Notes: a model not told the origin generated them from the letters alone. A DNA stretch of 64,000 nucleotides from the human T2T-CHM13v2.0 reference genome, Homo sapiens (GCF_009914755.1 NC_060931.1); one strand, 5' to 3'. Shown: positions 1 to 21,120, counted from the first letter of the stretch. Numbers and translations: made by a program.

Positions 1-575
1 GAGCCACCATGCCCAGCCATATTCTACTTTCTTGCTGCAACTTTTTGATATTTATAGTAAAATCTAATTAATTGGTTTTTCATTGATTCAGAATTCTTAA
101 AGGAACTAGAAGTTTAATAAGTCAGCAAGTCTTCCTGAATAAATAGAATTGTAGGGAGAATACTTTCTAGGAAAGAATGGTTTCTCAAAATGTTGGAACA
201 TTTTCTTAGTGCTATAAAATACTGGCAAAACAGTTTTATCAACTCTCTAAGGCAAAGCATATAGCCCCCTTTAGTTGCCCACATCTTTGCCACCATCTGT
301 CAAATGCAAAAAGCAAGATGCTTTCCGCCTCACAGGACACTGCTATATTTACAGGAGAAGGTCTGGGGGTGGAATATCTTTATGGGGAACTTTATTATTT
401 TCTGAAAAATGAGGTTGCTCTGACTGAAAATAATGAATTCAGATGATGGCTTCTTTGCTATAATACTGATAAAGTCTTTTTTCACATTGTGAGTCATCTG
501 GAAGATGGAATAACAGAAAACTATCATTTTTAGTTACACACCTCTTTTAAAAAACAATATAAAAAATAAAATACT

Positions 576-900
<325 letters not shown>

Positions 901-1018
901 TCAAAATGAGCAAATTCCACAATATGTTTGACTGTACATCCCAAATGCAGTTCTAGAAGTACACCATGTTACGCATAGATTTTTTTGGTTTATAAATTTA
1001 CAAAATAACTTTAGATTT

Positions 1019-2409
<1,391 letters not shown>

Positions 2410-3226
2410 AACTTTAGATTTTGTTAATGGAACTAAATGAAGTATTATGTATAATTCAAACATCTCATAGCTTTCTATTTTTATCTCTGTGTGGGAGAAA
2501 AAGTACTTTTCTCTGCGGGTTTAATGGTTTTTGACATGCCAAATCTTTAATCGCAATAGACTTCCCCACTTCCTGCCATGAACCTGAAAGGCAGCTTTAT
2601 CAGTATCTAAAGTACTGTTTCCTGTAGCTCAACGAATGACAAAACCAGTTAAAATACTGTTAAGTTCCCTATTCAAATATTGTTTCATTTCTAGGAATAT
2701 TAGTTGTTTAAAGTGGGAGGTTTATGAGGAAATACTCCAGCTACCTCAGGCAGTACCTTGCATATAGATGTATTAATTCAATAAATTAATAAAGAATAAA
2801 TCAAGATTATATTTAAATTTAAGCTACATGCAGCAAATAACAGATGGAAGGAAAGGGATCTTCCAAAAGAGTAAAAGTGAAAAGTGTATTCTAATTTCAA
2901 AAAGAGAGAAAGGAAATTCTACATTTGAATGCAACATGTTGCTACCTATTACTTCTGGAAGCCTAGTGCTAGGGCAAGGAGGTGTTTTTTACATGCATGC
3001 TATTTAAAGAAAGGAAAAAGATCCTATCTTCCAGAGATTGGCTTTCAATAGACTGAGTGGGGAAGGGGAAATTCATATCAAATAAACTTCTGGTGTCTTT
3101 TTAACAGATTGTTTTTAGAAAATCATCAAAAGTCAACAGAAGCCAGGCATGCATTACCTTTGGATGGACATCCTAAGTAGCTCACCTTACACACCCTTTG
3201 TAAGCAAGCCTTGCATGAAAACTCAC

Positions 3227-3308
3227 CTCAGCTGTGTAAATGTAGACGGTGTTGAAGTTTGCAGCTACCAGAGCCCTCAGCATGAAGAGGAAGCCAATCA
3301 GGCCGGCA
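3227..3308 (-). CDS. SVOPL: SVOPL coding exon 12 (SAGLIGFLFMLRALVAANFNTVYIYTAE); gene continues beyond the window start
   Basis: ctag|T acceptor, GAG|GTGAGT donor, 82 nt; cumulative 1263 nt = 421 codons with no stop. Confidence 0.95.
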
Positions 3309-3641
3309 CTAGAAAACAGGAAGCGGAGAGAAATTATAAAAGGCAGCATGGAGGACCACCTCCAGTGGCCCAGCTTCGAGTGCACTGTGGATGCTGAGAT
3401 ACAATCACAGATAACTCAGAACCCGAGGGAGGTGCTGCTTCTCAGCTGGCCTGATTGTGGGGTCCTTAAGCAAACCTCCTTCCAATCTTACTCCCACTGC
3501 CTTCTCCATTCCCCAACGCTGCCATTCACCCTGGCCCCTCACATTAGCATAACTGCTGGGCACAGTGGCTCACACCTGTAATCCCTGCAGTTTGGGAGGC
3601 CGAGGCAGCTAGATCGCTTGAGGCCAGGAGTTCAAGACTAG

Positions 3642-3752
<111 letters not shown>

Positions 3753-4606
3753 TGATCCTCCCACCTCAGCCTCTTGGGTAGCTGGGACTATAGACATCCA
3801 CAACCACACTCAGCTAATTTTTGTATTTGTTGTAGAGATGGGGTTTTGCCATGTTGTCCAAGCTGATCTTGAACTCCTGGGCTCAAATGATCCACCTGCC
3901 TCAGCCTCCCAAAGTTCTGGGATTACTGGTGTGAGTCACCAAATTTTTTTTCAATTGGCCCAGCATGGTGGTGTGTGCCTGTAGTCCTAGCTATTCAAGA
4001 GGCTGAGGCAGGAGGATGGCTTGAGCCCAGGAGTTAGAGGCTGCAGTGAGCTGAGATCGCACCACTGCATTCCCGCCTGGGTGACAAGGTGAGAGAACCT
4101 GTCTCAAAGAAAAAAAAAAAATTAGCACACCTGCTGCTACCATCCCCTGGAAAATAGTGCAGAGAGCTTGTAGAACAAATGATACATATCAGAGCTCAGG
4201 CCACTCCAGGACTGCAATTTAGGAGTGAAATGAGCAGAAGGCACAAATAAGCACACTGTCTGTATTACTAAACTTTCTTGGCACTGGTTCAAATAATGTA
4301 ATAAACAACCAGAGTCCCGATTCTCCAGGAAGCATTACATAATGATCCTCAATATTTTGGTAGGTAAAGTGAGTACACCATCATTGGCACCCATAATCCT
4401 GTGATAGCTGGAGGAAGATGGGGTCTGTAGGAAGAGGGAAGCGGGGATAGTAGGGAACAGGCAAGACCATTCTAGTCAAGCAAGCAGCCCATTCTCTACT
4501 CTCCTGGGTGAAAGTGACTTGTCCCTGAAACTACTGAACACCATGGGTCAGGAGACTCCATTTAGAAACCACTGCACAAAATCTGAAGCAATTAAACAGA
4601 AAATAC

Positions 4607-4718
4607 CTTGAAGTGCAAATGTTGAGGAGAAGGCAGAATAAAGCCGTGCATCCCATGGTAATAGAAAGGCTCAGCCGTCTTCCCAGGAAATTGATGCCCA
4701 GTATATTTAAAGGATTCA
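4607..4718 (-). CDS. SVOPL: SVOPL coding exon 11 (LNPLNILGINFLGRRLSLSITMGCTALFCLLLNICTS)
   Basis: ctag|TG acceptor, AAG|GTATTT donor, 112 nt; C-half GRR motif. Confidence 0.95.
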
Positions 4719-5414
4719 CTAGAAAGCAAACAGTAAAGATAATTTCTGGAACCTTGGAAGGCAAGTGGCATATTGCAACACTGGCATGGATTCATCCTTG
4801 TCGTTTCAGAAAGAAGCAACTTCATCCAAACCTCACGAGTATTCCAGCCAAAATCCAGTCACGTTGTCATCAATTTCAAGACTTTTTACATATACTTTAC
4901 CCACGTGGGTCCAGGAATGATAAGCACTGGTGCCCAGAATACTTATTATATCATACAGGTCTATTGTAGATTGCCAGTTGCTAGGCCTGTATTTTAAGTG
5001 TTTTATATGTTTTCATCAAATTCAAGGTGCCATTGATTTTTTTTCATCAGCTCAGTTTAACATTCAGCCATTGATTTTTAAGTACCATCATTTTATGTCT
5101 ACTAAAATAGAAATAATGCTGTCAATTGCTATCTAACAAGCCATTGTAAGCCACATGCCAATTTCAGAGATGTTAAAATGTAAGGGTGAAAAAAACACCT
5201 TACAATTGATAGAATACAGCACTTCAAAGGTCTACTCCTCCAGACCTCTCTTGCCAACACCAATCCAAACTGGAGATTTTTCAGCACTACTTGGCAACTT
5301 ATTCAGTTCTGCTAGGCAGGAGCGGTGTCACAGGGTCACACTTCTCTCAGCTAAGACTCAAGTGCACATAGACCACCCAAGACAGAGAGACCCAACACGC
5401 AGAGGGACACTTAC

Positions 5415-5620
5415 AAGCAATTTCACCGATGGTGCTGATGATCATGGTCCGATAGTCAGAGGGTGCAAACATGTGGCAGTAGCAGGGGCTCTGGCTCTCC
5501 CCTGAGTCCCCCCCAGTCACCACCACCGCAGAGTCTGACTTTGAACCACAGACCAAGTCCCGCTCCAGCAGCTCAGCACTGGCCAGGATAACCCCATAGT
5601 AGGCAAAAGAGATTCCAAGC
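5415..5620 (-). CDS. SVOPL: SVOPL coding exon 10 (LGISFAYYGVILASAELLERDLVCGSKS...MIISTIGEIA)
   Basis: ccag|G acceptor, CTT|GTAAGT donor, 206 nt; YYG motif and Cys-containing loop. Confidence 0.95.
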
Positions 5621-6116
5621 CTGGAAGAGAGAAAACAAAGTCACTAGCCAACGCTGACACCAGACCTGAAGGATGAGTGGGGAGGGGATACCAAGTGGAA
5701 CGTGTAGCATGTGGAAAGCAAAGAGAGCAGAAAGCCAGGCTCAGACGCCACACAGAGCATTCGTGGAAGTGTCTCTTACACATCATACAGATGTACACAT
5801 GCCTGTCGGGTGTAAACCTAGGAGCAGAATTGCCGGGCCATAGTATACACATATTTCCAGCTGTAATAGATACCTCCAGTTTTTCAAAGTGGCTGTACTA
5901 ATTTGAACTCCAGTCAGCTGTGTATGAAAGTTCCAGTTACTTTGCCTCCTTCTCAACCCTTGGTATTGTCAGTCTTTCATTTTAGCCATTCTCATGGACT
6001 GGCGGATTTGTAATGGTATCTTGTTGGGTTTTAATTTGCATTTCTCTGGTGACTTTAAGGTTGAGCATGTTTTGATGTGTTTATCTGGTATATGTTTTTG
6101 GTGAGGCGCCTGTTCA

Positions 6117-6290
<174 letters not shown>

Positions 6291-6377
6291 TTAAAACTTC
6301 AAAAATTTTTAAAAACTTAAAAAACTGGGTTATTTTTTCCTGTTGAAAAAATGATATGTCTAATATATAAGCATGTT

Positions 6378-6378
6378 T

Positions 6379-6426
<48 letters not shown>

Positions 6427-6434
6427 TATATATA
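6378..6434. repeat. (TA)n(TG)n(TA)n microsatellite
   Basis: Direct reading. Confidence 0.95.
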
Positions 6435-6518
6435 ATTTGCTGGAAATATACATGGCAAATTTCTCCTCCCCATGGATGGCTTACCTTTCAGGCTCTTCAT
6501 GATTTTTTTTTTTTTTGA

Positions 6519-6814
<296 letters not shown>

Positions 6815-7314
6815 TGATACCTTGACACAGTTCCTAAGTTCCTAATTTAATGTATTAAAACTCATCAATCTTTTCCTTTATAGTTAGCATGTTTTAGTCC
6901 TGTTTAGAAAATCTTTGCTTACTCAAGGTCATGCTGCAGAGAAATGAATCACAGAGGGTACCACAAGAGTCTATGCCACTGGACTCGATGATTGGTGACT
7001 TCAAAGGACCAGTTTCTGTCATGTGGTGAGAAAAAGACCAGGCTGCAAAAGTTAGGAAGTGAACTCATATGCTCATAAGAAAAATTTAAGAACTGGTTGA
7101 AGACAATTAGGGAATTTTCCTCTGTCTATGTATCCATTTACTTATTTATTTAGTAGTGGTGGTGTTTGTAGAAAGACAAAACATTGCTTGTCTTTGTAGT
7201 ATTTGGAGTTAGTCTTATGTTTTTCTCCCCAGTGGCACTCACATAGATTTACTTAAATAGGCTTCCTCCCAATGCCTCTATTTAAAACTAGCTTTGAAAT
7301 CATTACACTCTTAC

Positions 7315-7388
7315 CATATGACCCAGATCTGTAATGTGGTCCGTAAATATTTAGCATCCAATAGGTCTGCAAATCTTCCTCTTTTTTC
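7315..7388 (-). CDS. SVOPL: SVOPL coding exon 9 (EKRGRFADLLDAKYLRTTLQIWVIW)
   Basis: cccag|GAA acceptor, ATG|GTAAGA donor, 74 nt; absent from ORF track. Confidence 0.94.
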
Positions 7389-8102
7389 CTGGGGTAATGA
7401 AAAGGAGACAGAACATACTCAGCAGCTTAAGGATGAACGGAGATGTTTCCACTGTTTTCGATCATAGAAGATGAGAATCATATTGGAGCATGGTGGCCTG
7501 CGATAACCACTCAGCTCCTATGAGTACAGCTGACACAAACCCAGAGATAATTGTTTTAAACACATCTGTCTCAGCCAGATCTGTCTTTTGGCTTTTTCTC
7601 ATCATTGACAGGTACCAAAGCTCACTGAACTTAAGATCCTAACCTTTTGCTCTTCCTCTGCCCACCAGCACTGGCGCGGGGGTGGGGATGGTAGGAGGAA
7701 ACATGAAAAGTGACTGTGAAACTGATGAGAGATTCTTCTAAAATTAACATTAAAACAAAAACTCTTATATTAAAAAAGAGTATGAGACTTGTTAAGAAAA
7801 CAACGGCATAAAGTTGAAAAAGGAGAGAACGCCTAATTTCTTTTTCTGTCTCTAAGGGGGGTAGTTAGCAAAAGTTCTTGTCCATAGTACCTATTGAATA
7901 ACTTTGGATAAAAACAAGTAAGAATGGGCTGGGTGTGGGGGCTCACGCCTGTAATCCCAGCACTTTGGGAGGCCGAGGTGGGCGGATCACCTGAGGTCAG
8001 GAGCTTGAGACCAGCCTGACCAACATGGCGAAAGCCCGTCTCTACCAAAAATACAAAAATTAGCCGGACATGGTGGAGCATGCCTGTAATCCCAGCTACT
8101 CA

Positions 8103-8207
<105 letters not shown>

Positions 8208-8459
8208 TCAAAAAAAGAAAAAAAAAAAAAAAAAAACAAGGAAGAGTTACATGATGGCACAGAAATGGATTTTTATGTAAAGCTGGGAATGCTTCAGATG
8301 AGGGCACGCCATTGAAAACCAACAGCTCTTTTCTCAGAAATAGACCTGGGATTACAGGCTGTTTCTAGAGACACTGGGAATGTGGTCCTGGGTGTCCTAG
8401 ATTTTGTTGTCACAGAAAGCTAGAGTTTGAAGGGAACTTAGAGGTCTTTTGCTCCAATG

Positions 8460-9102
<643 letters not shown>

Positions 9103-9399
9103 TAGATTACAGGCATGTGCCACCATGCCCGGCAGGCTCACTCTCCTTTTAGTGTTCAATTTATGTCCCATTTATCCCCCTGAAGTGGCTCAGACTGCCA
9201 TGGCTCAGTCCCTTCTGCTCTGATATCACACACACACACACACACACACATACACACACCCCTACACCCCACCTGGTTCTAAGCATCTGGGCTCTGTTTT
9301 TTATTCCTTCATATGTGATGCTCATTTCATTAACCAGATTGTAAGACTGTGACCAGAATGAAGGCAGGGTCTACTGCCAGTAGCTCTGGGCCTTGCTCA

Positions 9400-10059
<660 letters not shown>

Positions 10060-10508
10060 TCAGTCCTGGAGTTGCAACTACTGCATTCAATTCACAAAGC
10101 ACATGCCAAAAACGGTTGTACTCAGCTATCTTATAATCTTACAGCTATCCGTGGTTTTGAGTTAATTATCTCTGTTAAGACTTTTTCTTTTTGCAACTGT
10201 TTTTACTGTTTACACTATTGACAATCAGAATTTTACAGCCACCTAAAGATTATGTTGTAGTCTCTATAAACCATAATAGCTTTCTTCTTTTAATCATAGT
10301 TGCCTAGCAACTAGTTCATCCTCCCACCCTGCTTTGCTCGATAAGATGTGATTGTCAGTATCTCAGTAGGAAGGAAGAAGTGAGCTGACGCTGTTATAGT
10401 AGCTTTCTGAACTCCAAACCCATGAGAGTGTATTTCCAATGTTTAAAAAATAAACTAGAATAATGGAATCATTCTGAATCCTTTGGAAGAAAGTTCGGGT
10501 TTCTTGTT

Positions 10509-10910
10509 TAATATAGTTTGGATATTTGTCCCCTCCAAGTCTCATGTTGAAATGTGATCCCCAGTGTCGGGGGTGGAGGCTTATGGGAGGTGTTTGGGTC
10601 GTGGGGGTGGATCCCTCATGAAGGGCTTGGTGCCCTCCCTGCAGTAACGAGTGAGTTCTCACTCTACCAGTTCATGTGACAGCTGGTTTAAAAGAGCCTC
10701 GCACCTCTCTCGCTCCTTCTCTCACCATGTAACATGCCTGCTCCCTGTTCACTTTCTGTCATGAGTAGAGGCTTCCTGAGGCCTCACCAGAAGCCACGCA
10801 GATGCTGGTGCCGTGATTGTACAGTCTGCAGAACCATGAGCCAAATAAATCTCTTAACAGTCACCCAGTCTCAGGTATTCCTTTATAGCAATGCAAAACG
10901 AACAGACACA
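10509..10910 (+). mobile_element. MaLR solo LTR (MSTB-like)
   Basis: ATATAGTTTGGATATTTGTCCCC start; ...CCCAGTCTCAGGTATTCCTTTATAGCAATGC end. Confidence 0.85.
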
Positions 10911-12130
10911 CTGCTCCAGTTATAATAGGTTTTGAGATACATATAATAATGGCGGTAACACTCCACAGAAGAAAGTGAGAATACCTTACCAAAATACAAT
11001 GATGAATATGGGGAAGGTTCAGCATACTGAATGCTCACGATATTTGCATTACTATGGAGTACATGCCACCTCACACTTACAATGTAGGCCAGATGGTAGT
11101 GGGATTCAAGACTTTTGTCATCAGTGATGTCCTCGGCAACAAATCAGGAACACCCAGGGAAGCCCACCTCTTGCCTGTGTGTAGGACACTCAGACATCAA
11201 CTCATCCCGTGGTGGCTACAGGATCCCAAGAAAGCAAGGATTCAGGGCATGGGTAGCACTGCTGGTATGGACCCATCTCAGACACAGAGCATGAGCTGAG
11301 GTCAGAAGAGCCTTTCCCATGATCCTGCCAGCCCTAGCAAGGTTGTGTACTAGCAGCTTTTCTCTGTACCTCCTGGTCTCCCTGTTATGCATTCATTCCC
11401 TGCCTTGGCGGTGATGCCATCTCATTCTGCCAGATGTCTATTATCCTTGGATCCTGTTCTTCCTCATCCTATCAAAGTCTGCACTGAGGATCTGGTGCAG
11501 TGGCACACACCTATTATCCCAGCACTTTAGGAGGCAGAGATGAGAGGACTGCTTGAGGCCAGGATTTGAGACCAGCCTGAGCAACATAGCAAGACCTCAT
11601 CTCTATGAAAAAATAAGAAAATTAAGGCAGGCACGGTGGCTCACGCCTGTAATTCCAGCACTTTGGGAGGCCAAGGTGGAAGGATCACCTGGGGCCAGAA
11701 ATTTAAGACCAGCCTGGGCCAGTGAGACCCCGTCGCTACAAAATAAGAAAAAAAAAAAAAAATTAGCCGGGTGTGGTGGTGTGCACCTATAGTCCCAGCT
11801 ATTCAGGAGGCAGAGGCAGGAGGATCACTTGAGCTCAGCAGGTTGAGGCTGCAGTGAGCCAAGGTCACACCACTGCACTCCAGCTTGGATGACAGAACGA
11901 GACCCTGTCTTTTAAAAAATCAAGTAAATAAAAACAAAAAAATTAGCCAGGCATGGTGGCACATGCCTGCAATTCCAACTACTTTGGAGGCTGAGATGGG
12001 AGGATTGCTTGAGCCCAGGAGTTCAAGACCAGCTTGGGCAACATGTCAAAACCCTGTCTTCTCAAAAAACTGTACAAAAATAGCCAGGCATGGTGGCATA
12101 CACCTGTAGTTCTAGCTACTCAGGAGCTTA

Positions 12131-12549
<419 letters not shown>

Positions 12550-12678
12550 TTAATATGGTAAATTGCTTGTTATGTATATTTTGCCACAATAAAAAGACTC
12601 AAAAGGGGGAAACAAAGCTGGTTGGAGGAGGAAAATGAGGAGTTCTGCTTTATTTTACTTTTTTTTTTTTTTAAATAG

Positions 12679-12813
<135 letters not shown>

Positions 12814-13788
12814 TAAACTTGATAAATATGAGATTTACACGCTTGTCAACTCCAAGAATAAATGTCCTGTGGAGAGAGAAAGGTAAGGAGCTGGGATGTA
12901 GGCAGGAGCCAGGGATGAACACGTGGAGATGGTGAAGTCTTGCAGTTAGTTTAGGTCACATGCATGCCCAAATGTGCCTGATACTCATGTTAAAGATGCT
13001 TCTTGCTGTTCTCCAGGGAAATGGCTTCTTCAACCAATTCATAAGGAATCCTATCAAAATGGGTGCCATTTAGCAATCAAGAAATTGGCAATTGCTGTTA
13101 AGAGGGTTATAAAGCTATAAAAATACTTCAGAGAACAACCACAAAAGTAAGTGAGCCACACAACATAGAAAATAAAAGTGATGAATCTGATAGAAAAATA
13201 TATATACATTTTTTTGAAACAGTCTTACTCTGTCACAGTGGCGCAATCTCAGCTTACTGCAACCTCCTCCTCCCAGATGCAAGTGATTCTCCTGCCTCAG
13301 CCTCCCAAGCAGCTGGGAGTAGCTGGGACTACAGGCGCACACCACTACACCCAGCTAATTTTTTGTATTTTTAGTAGAGATGAGGTTTCACCATGTTGGT
13401 CAGGCTGGTCTTGAACTCCTGACCCAGTGATTCACCTGCCTCAGCCTCCCAAAGTGCTGGGATTACAGGCATGAGCCACTGGGCCCGGCTGAAAAATAAT
13501 AATTTTTAAAATTCTGTTTATAAAATAATTTTTAAAAACAAAGTGGATAGGAATACATTTTATAAGAAATGTGCAGTACTGACATTAGTTATAAAATGTT
13601 GCTGAGAAAAATAAAAAGAAATAAATTGGGAAATACACTTAAAGCAGGGCAAGAATACTCAGTATTACAAAGATACTGATTCTCTCTACATTATTAGCCT
13701 ATAATGTCAACAAAATCTCAAACTCTCATAGGATTTTTTTTTTTTTTTTTTGAGACAGAGTTTCATTATGTTGCCCAGGCTGGAGTAA

Positions 13789-14052
<264 letters not shown>

Positions 14053-14690
14053 TAACTAATTTATTTATTTTGAGGGGAAGGTGGGAGTAGATCTTAATAA
14101 AGTGGCTCCAAAATTTTTCTAGTAAAATAAGCCTGAAAATATAGCTTGGAAAATTCTGAAAAAGATGTTTGACCAGGGGAATTTACCCTATCAGAAATGA
14201 AAAGTATATTATAAAATACTATAATTAAAACAGTGTCATATCATACCAATAACAGACCTGTCTATCCTTTTCTTGACAACTTGAAACATTCTCTTTATCA
14301 TATAATAAATCCCCATATATACTTGAATCTACAAATCTATCATTAGAACAGATTGTTCAAAAATAGATTCAAATATATAATGAATGGATTATTCAAAATA
14401 TATACATCATGGGCTGGGCGTGGTGGATGCATGTAATCTCAGCACTTTGGGAAGTTGAGGTGGGTGTATCACTTGAGGCCAGGAATTCGAGGCCAGCCTG
14501 CCCAACATGGTGAAACCCCAACTCTACTAAAAATACAAAAATTAGTTAGGTGTGGTGGTACAAGCCTGTAATCCCAGCTACTCAGGAGGCTGAAGCATGA
14601 AAAACACTTGAACTCAGGAGGCAGAGGTTGCAGTGAGCCAAGATCACTCCACTGCATGCCAGCCTAGGTGACAGAGCAAGACTCCATCTC

Positions 14691-14750
14691 ATATATATAT
14701 ATATAGATAGATAGATAGATACACACACCTACATACATACACACACACAC
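14691..14750. repeat. Compound (TA)n(TAGA)n(CA)n microsatellite replacing an Alu tail
   Basis: Direct reading. Confidence 0.9.
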
Positions 14751-14931
14751 CCCCCAGAGCAACTGGTTAGTCATGTGGATATAACAAAGCTAAATCTGTA
14801 CTGTGTTTCTTGTACCCAATTAAACCCACAGAGATCTAACATTTAAATATTAAGAATAAAACCAAATCGGCCAGACGTAGTGGCTCATGCCTGTAATTCC
14901 AGCACTTTGGGAGGCCAAGGCAGGCAGATCA

Positions 14932-15621
<690 letters not shown>

Positions 15622-16074
15622 TTATGAACAAAGTGTAACTGAAATCCTGGGCAAACAAGATTTGGAAGACAATAATTGGCAAGATCATATTTAGCGTCCT
15701 TGTATTGTCTAGCTTGCGAGGTCAAGATTGCAGTGAACTATGATTGCACCACTGCACTCCCGCTGGGTGACAGGGTGAGACCCCATCACAAAAAACAGCT
15801 AAAATAAAAGTTGAAATTATAAAAAAACAAAATAAACTTAAGTTCAAAGAAAAAAAATAGAATTTAAGGTCCAAAGCCATATAAATGAGAGAGGAGAAAG
15901 AAAAAACCAGTTACCAGATAAAGGTAAAGGTAGCAAATAATATTAAATATTGCAAATGTGTGTTTTCAATAGCTAAGGGCTACCTCTAGAATAAAAGAAA
16001 GTACATTAATTCCAAGTTAATAAAAGGAAGTGCAGGGGAGGGAAAGGCAAACTCAATCTAATAGAAGTTAGTCA

Positions 16075-16520
<446 letters not shown>

Positions 16521-17444
16521 TCATTATTAAAAGAATATCGGCTGGGCACAGTGGCTCATGCCTGTAATCCCAGCACTTTGGGAGGCTGAGGTGGGTGGGC
16601 CACATGAGGTCAGGAGTTCAAGACCAGCCTGGCCAACATTGTGAAACCCTGTCTCTATTAAAAAAACGAAAGTTATTTGGGCGTGGTGGCAGGTGCCTGT
16701 AATCCCAGCTACTTGGGAGGCCGAGGCAGGAGAATCGCTTGAACCTGGGAGGCAGAGGTTGCAGAGACTGTGCCTCTGCACTACAGCCTGGGCGACAGAG
16801 GGAGACTCCGTCTCAAAAAAAAAAAAGAAAAGAAGAGAAAAGAATGGGAAGGAAAGGAAAAGGAAGGGGGAAAAAAATCACCTATAGCTTTACAAGAGAT
16901 ACTTTGAGACAGGGTCTCGTCCTGTTGTCAGGGCTACTAAAATACAGGGTCCAGTACAGCAGTGCGATCATAGCTCACTGCAGCCTTGACATCCTAGGCT
17001 CAAGCCTCCATAGCTCACTGTAGCCTCAACCTCCTGGACTCAAGCAACCCTCCTGCCTCAACCTCTGAAATAGCTAGTTGGGACTACAGGTGTGCGCCAC
17101 TATGCCTGTTTTTTTTTTTAGCGGGGAGCGGTAAAAAGGGGTCCTGTTTTGATGCCCAGGCTGGTCTCAAAATCTTGGCCTCAAGTGATCTTCTCATTTC
17201 AGCCTCCCAAAGTGCTGGGATTACAGGCCTGAGCTATCTCACACCCGGACTCAAGAAATACATTTAAAGCAAAGCAGTGTAGAAAGACTAAAAATAAAGA
17301 GCTGAAAAAAGATGCACATGGAAAATACTAACCAAAGCTACTTTCAACATGTTAACATGAGAGAAAATAGAATTTAAGGCTCTTCATTCTCAAAGACAAT
17401 GATTTTTTTTTAACTTTTTTTTTTTATATTTATTTATGTTTTGA

Positions 17445-17606
<162 letters not shown>

Positions 17607-17764
17607 TAGAGTCAGGGTTTCTCTGTGTTGGTCAGGCTGGTCTGAAACTCCCAACCTCAGGTGTAACTCCCGACCTCAGGTAATCCACCCACCTCAGTCT
17701 CTCAAAGTGCTGGGATTACAGGCGTGAGCCACTGCACCCAGCTTTTTAAAAAATTTTTAAACAG

Positions 17765-18440
17765 ATTAAGGCAGCCACAAATAAGAATGAAATCATGTCC
17801 TTTACAACAACATGGATGCAGCTGGAGTCCATTATCCTAAGAAAATTAATGCAGGAACAGAAAGCCAAATACCATATGTTCTCACCTTTAAGTGGGAGCT
17901 CAACATTGGGTACTCATGGACATAAAGAGGACAGCAATAGACACTGCAGACTACTAGAGTGGGGAGGGAAAGGGCAAGGGCTGAGAAACTAACTATTGGG
18001 TACTATGCTCACTGCCTGGATGACAGGATCAATCATACCCCAAACCTCAGCATCATGCAATAGACCCATGTAACAAACCCACACATGTACCCCCTGAATC
18101 TAAAATAAGAGTTGACTGGGTTACAGTGGTTCACACCTGTAATCCCATAAATTTGGGAGGCCAAGGAGGGAGGACTGCTTGACCCCAGGAGTTCAAGACT
18201 GGCCTGAGCAACAAAGCAAGACTCCATGTTTACAAGAAATTTAAAAATTAGCTGGGTATGATGGCGCACACCTATGGTCCTAGCTATTCTGGAGGCTGAG
18301 GTAGGAGGATCGAGCCTGGAAGGTCAAGGCTACAGTGAGCTATGACAGTACTACTGCACTCCAACCGAGGTGACAGAGTGAGACCCCATCACAAAAAATA
18401 ACTCAATAAAAGCTGAAATTATTAAAAAAAAAAAAAAACT
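17765..18440 (+). mobile_element. L1 (L1PB/L1MA-like) 3' end with an Alu in its tail
   Basis: AATGAAATCATGTCCTTT...CCCCAAACCTCAGCATCATGCAATA...TAAAATAA. Confidence 0.8.
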
Positions 18441-18547
18441 TAAATTCAGTTTAGACAACTACAACAAAAAAAAAAATGTAAGGTCCAAAGCCATATAAGG
18501 ATAAAGAAATACTTCAAGTAATAAGACTAATGCATGGACAAAAATCA

Positions 18548-18754
<207 letters not shown>

Positions 18755-18757
18755 TCA

Positions 18758-18862
<105 letters not shown>

Positions 18863-18996
18863 TCAAAAAAAAAAAAAAAAAAGATAACCTCAAAATTTAT
18901 GAAATATACCCTATTAGGCCTATAAGGAGAAATGGAGAAAGTCATTGTCTTTTTGAAAAACTGTTAACTCAAGAGGCAAAAATCTAGATGTATCAA

Positions 18997-19160
18997 ATAT
19001 ATATATGTTATATATATATATATATATATATATATAACATATATATATAACATATATATAGTCAATGAGTGTGTATGTATATATAGTCAATGGGTATATA
19101 CAGTCAATGAGTATATATGTATGTGTATACACACACTCACACACACACACGTACATATAT
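18997..19160. repeat. (TA)n / TATAGTCAATG / (CA)n low-complexity array
   Basis: Direct reading. Confidence 0.9.
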
Positions 19161-20159
19161 ACTCAAGGAGAACACAGATTCTTTTTAAACACTCTTGTGA
19201 CATTAACAAGAAGTCCCTATATAGAGGACAAATAGAAAGTTTCAATAAATTCCAAATAACAACATCCTCTTAACCAAAATACAGTTACATTATAATAACA
19301 TAGCTAACAGATAATTCAGTGGTTTAAAAAATAAATCTTGAGAAATAGAAATACATTTACTCTTGAGACATGAATGTAGCTAATTGTTTATTAAAAATAA
19401 AAAACACTGAAAATAAATGATCATCTAAGTATTGAACTCAACAAGCTAGAACAAAAAAAGTCAAAGAAAATAAAACGGAAATTAGCCAAAAAAAAAAAAA
19501 AAAATCAATAAAGAGAATGGACCCCGCCCCCGCAAAAGCTTGTTGTTTGAAGTCTAATGAAATACACAAACTTCTAGTAAGCTGGACCAAGAAAAGAGAG
19601 AAAGCACAAATAAACAGTATTAAAAATAAAAAGGGCACATTATCGCATAGATTTTTAAAATTCAGAACACTGAAAACATTATATCAATAAATTTGAAAAC
19701 CCAGATAAATTAAATAATTTTCTTTAAAATATATATAACCAAGGCTGGGCACGGTGGCTCACACCTGTAATCCTAGCACTTTGGGAGCCTGAGGTGGGCA
19801 GATCTCTTGAGCTCGGGAGTTCAAGATCAGCCTGGGCAACATGGTGGAAACACTGTCTCTACAAAAAACACAAAAAATTAGCCGGGTGTTGGTGGCTCGC
19901 ACTGATAGTCCTAGCTACTCAGGAGGCTGAGGCAGGAGGATCACTTGAACCCAGGAGGCAGAGGTTGCAGTAAGCCGAGATCACGCTACTACACTCCAGC
20001 CTGGACGATAGAGCGAGACTCCTACCTCCAAAAAAAAAAAAGAAACAAAATTTTTAATAATAATATATATAACCAAAATTGACTCAATCAAAAGTATAAA
20101 CAAAAGTAGACTGTAACCTTTAAATAAATTGAATCGTAGTTTTTTAAAAACTCCTCTGC

Positions 20160-21120
<961 letters not shown>

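Noticed and set aside
3360-3393. Possible 34-nt cryptic exon (cag|...GAG|GTGGTC) upstream of coding exon 12
   Set aside because: Would leave a 51-nt intron, too short for normal splicing, with a weak donor
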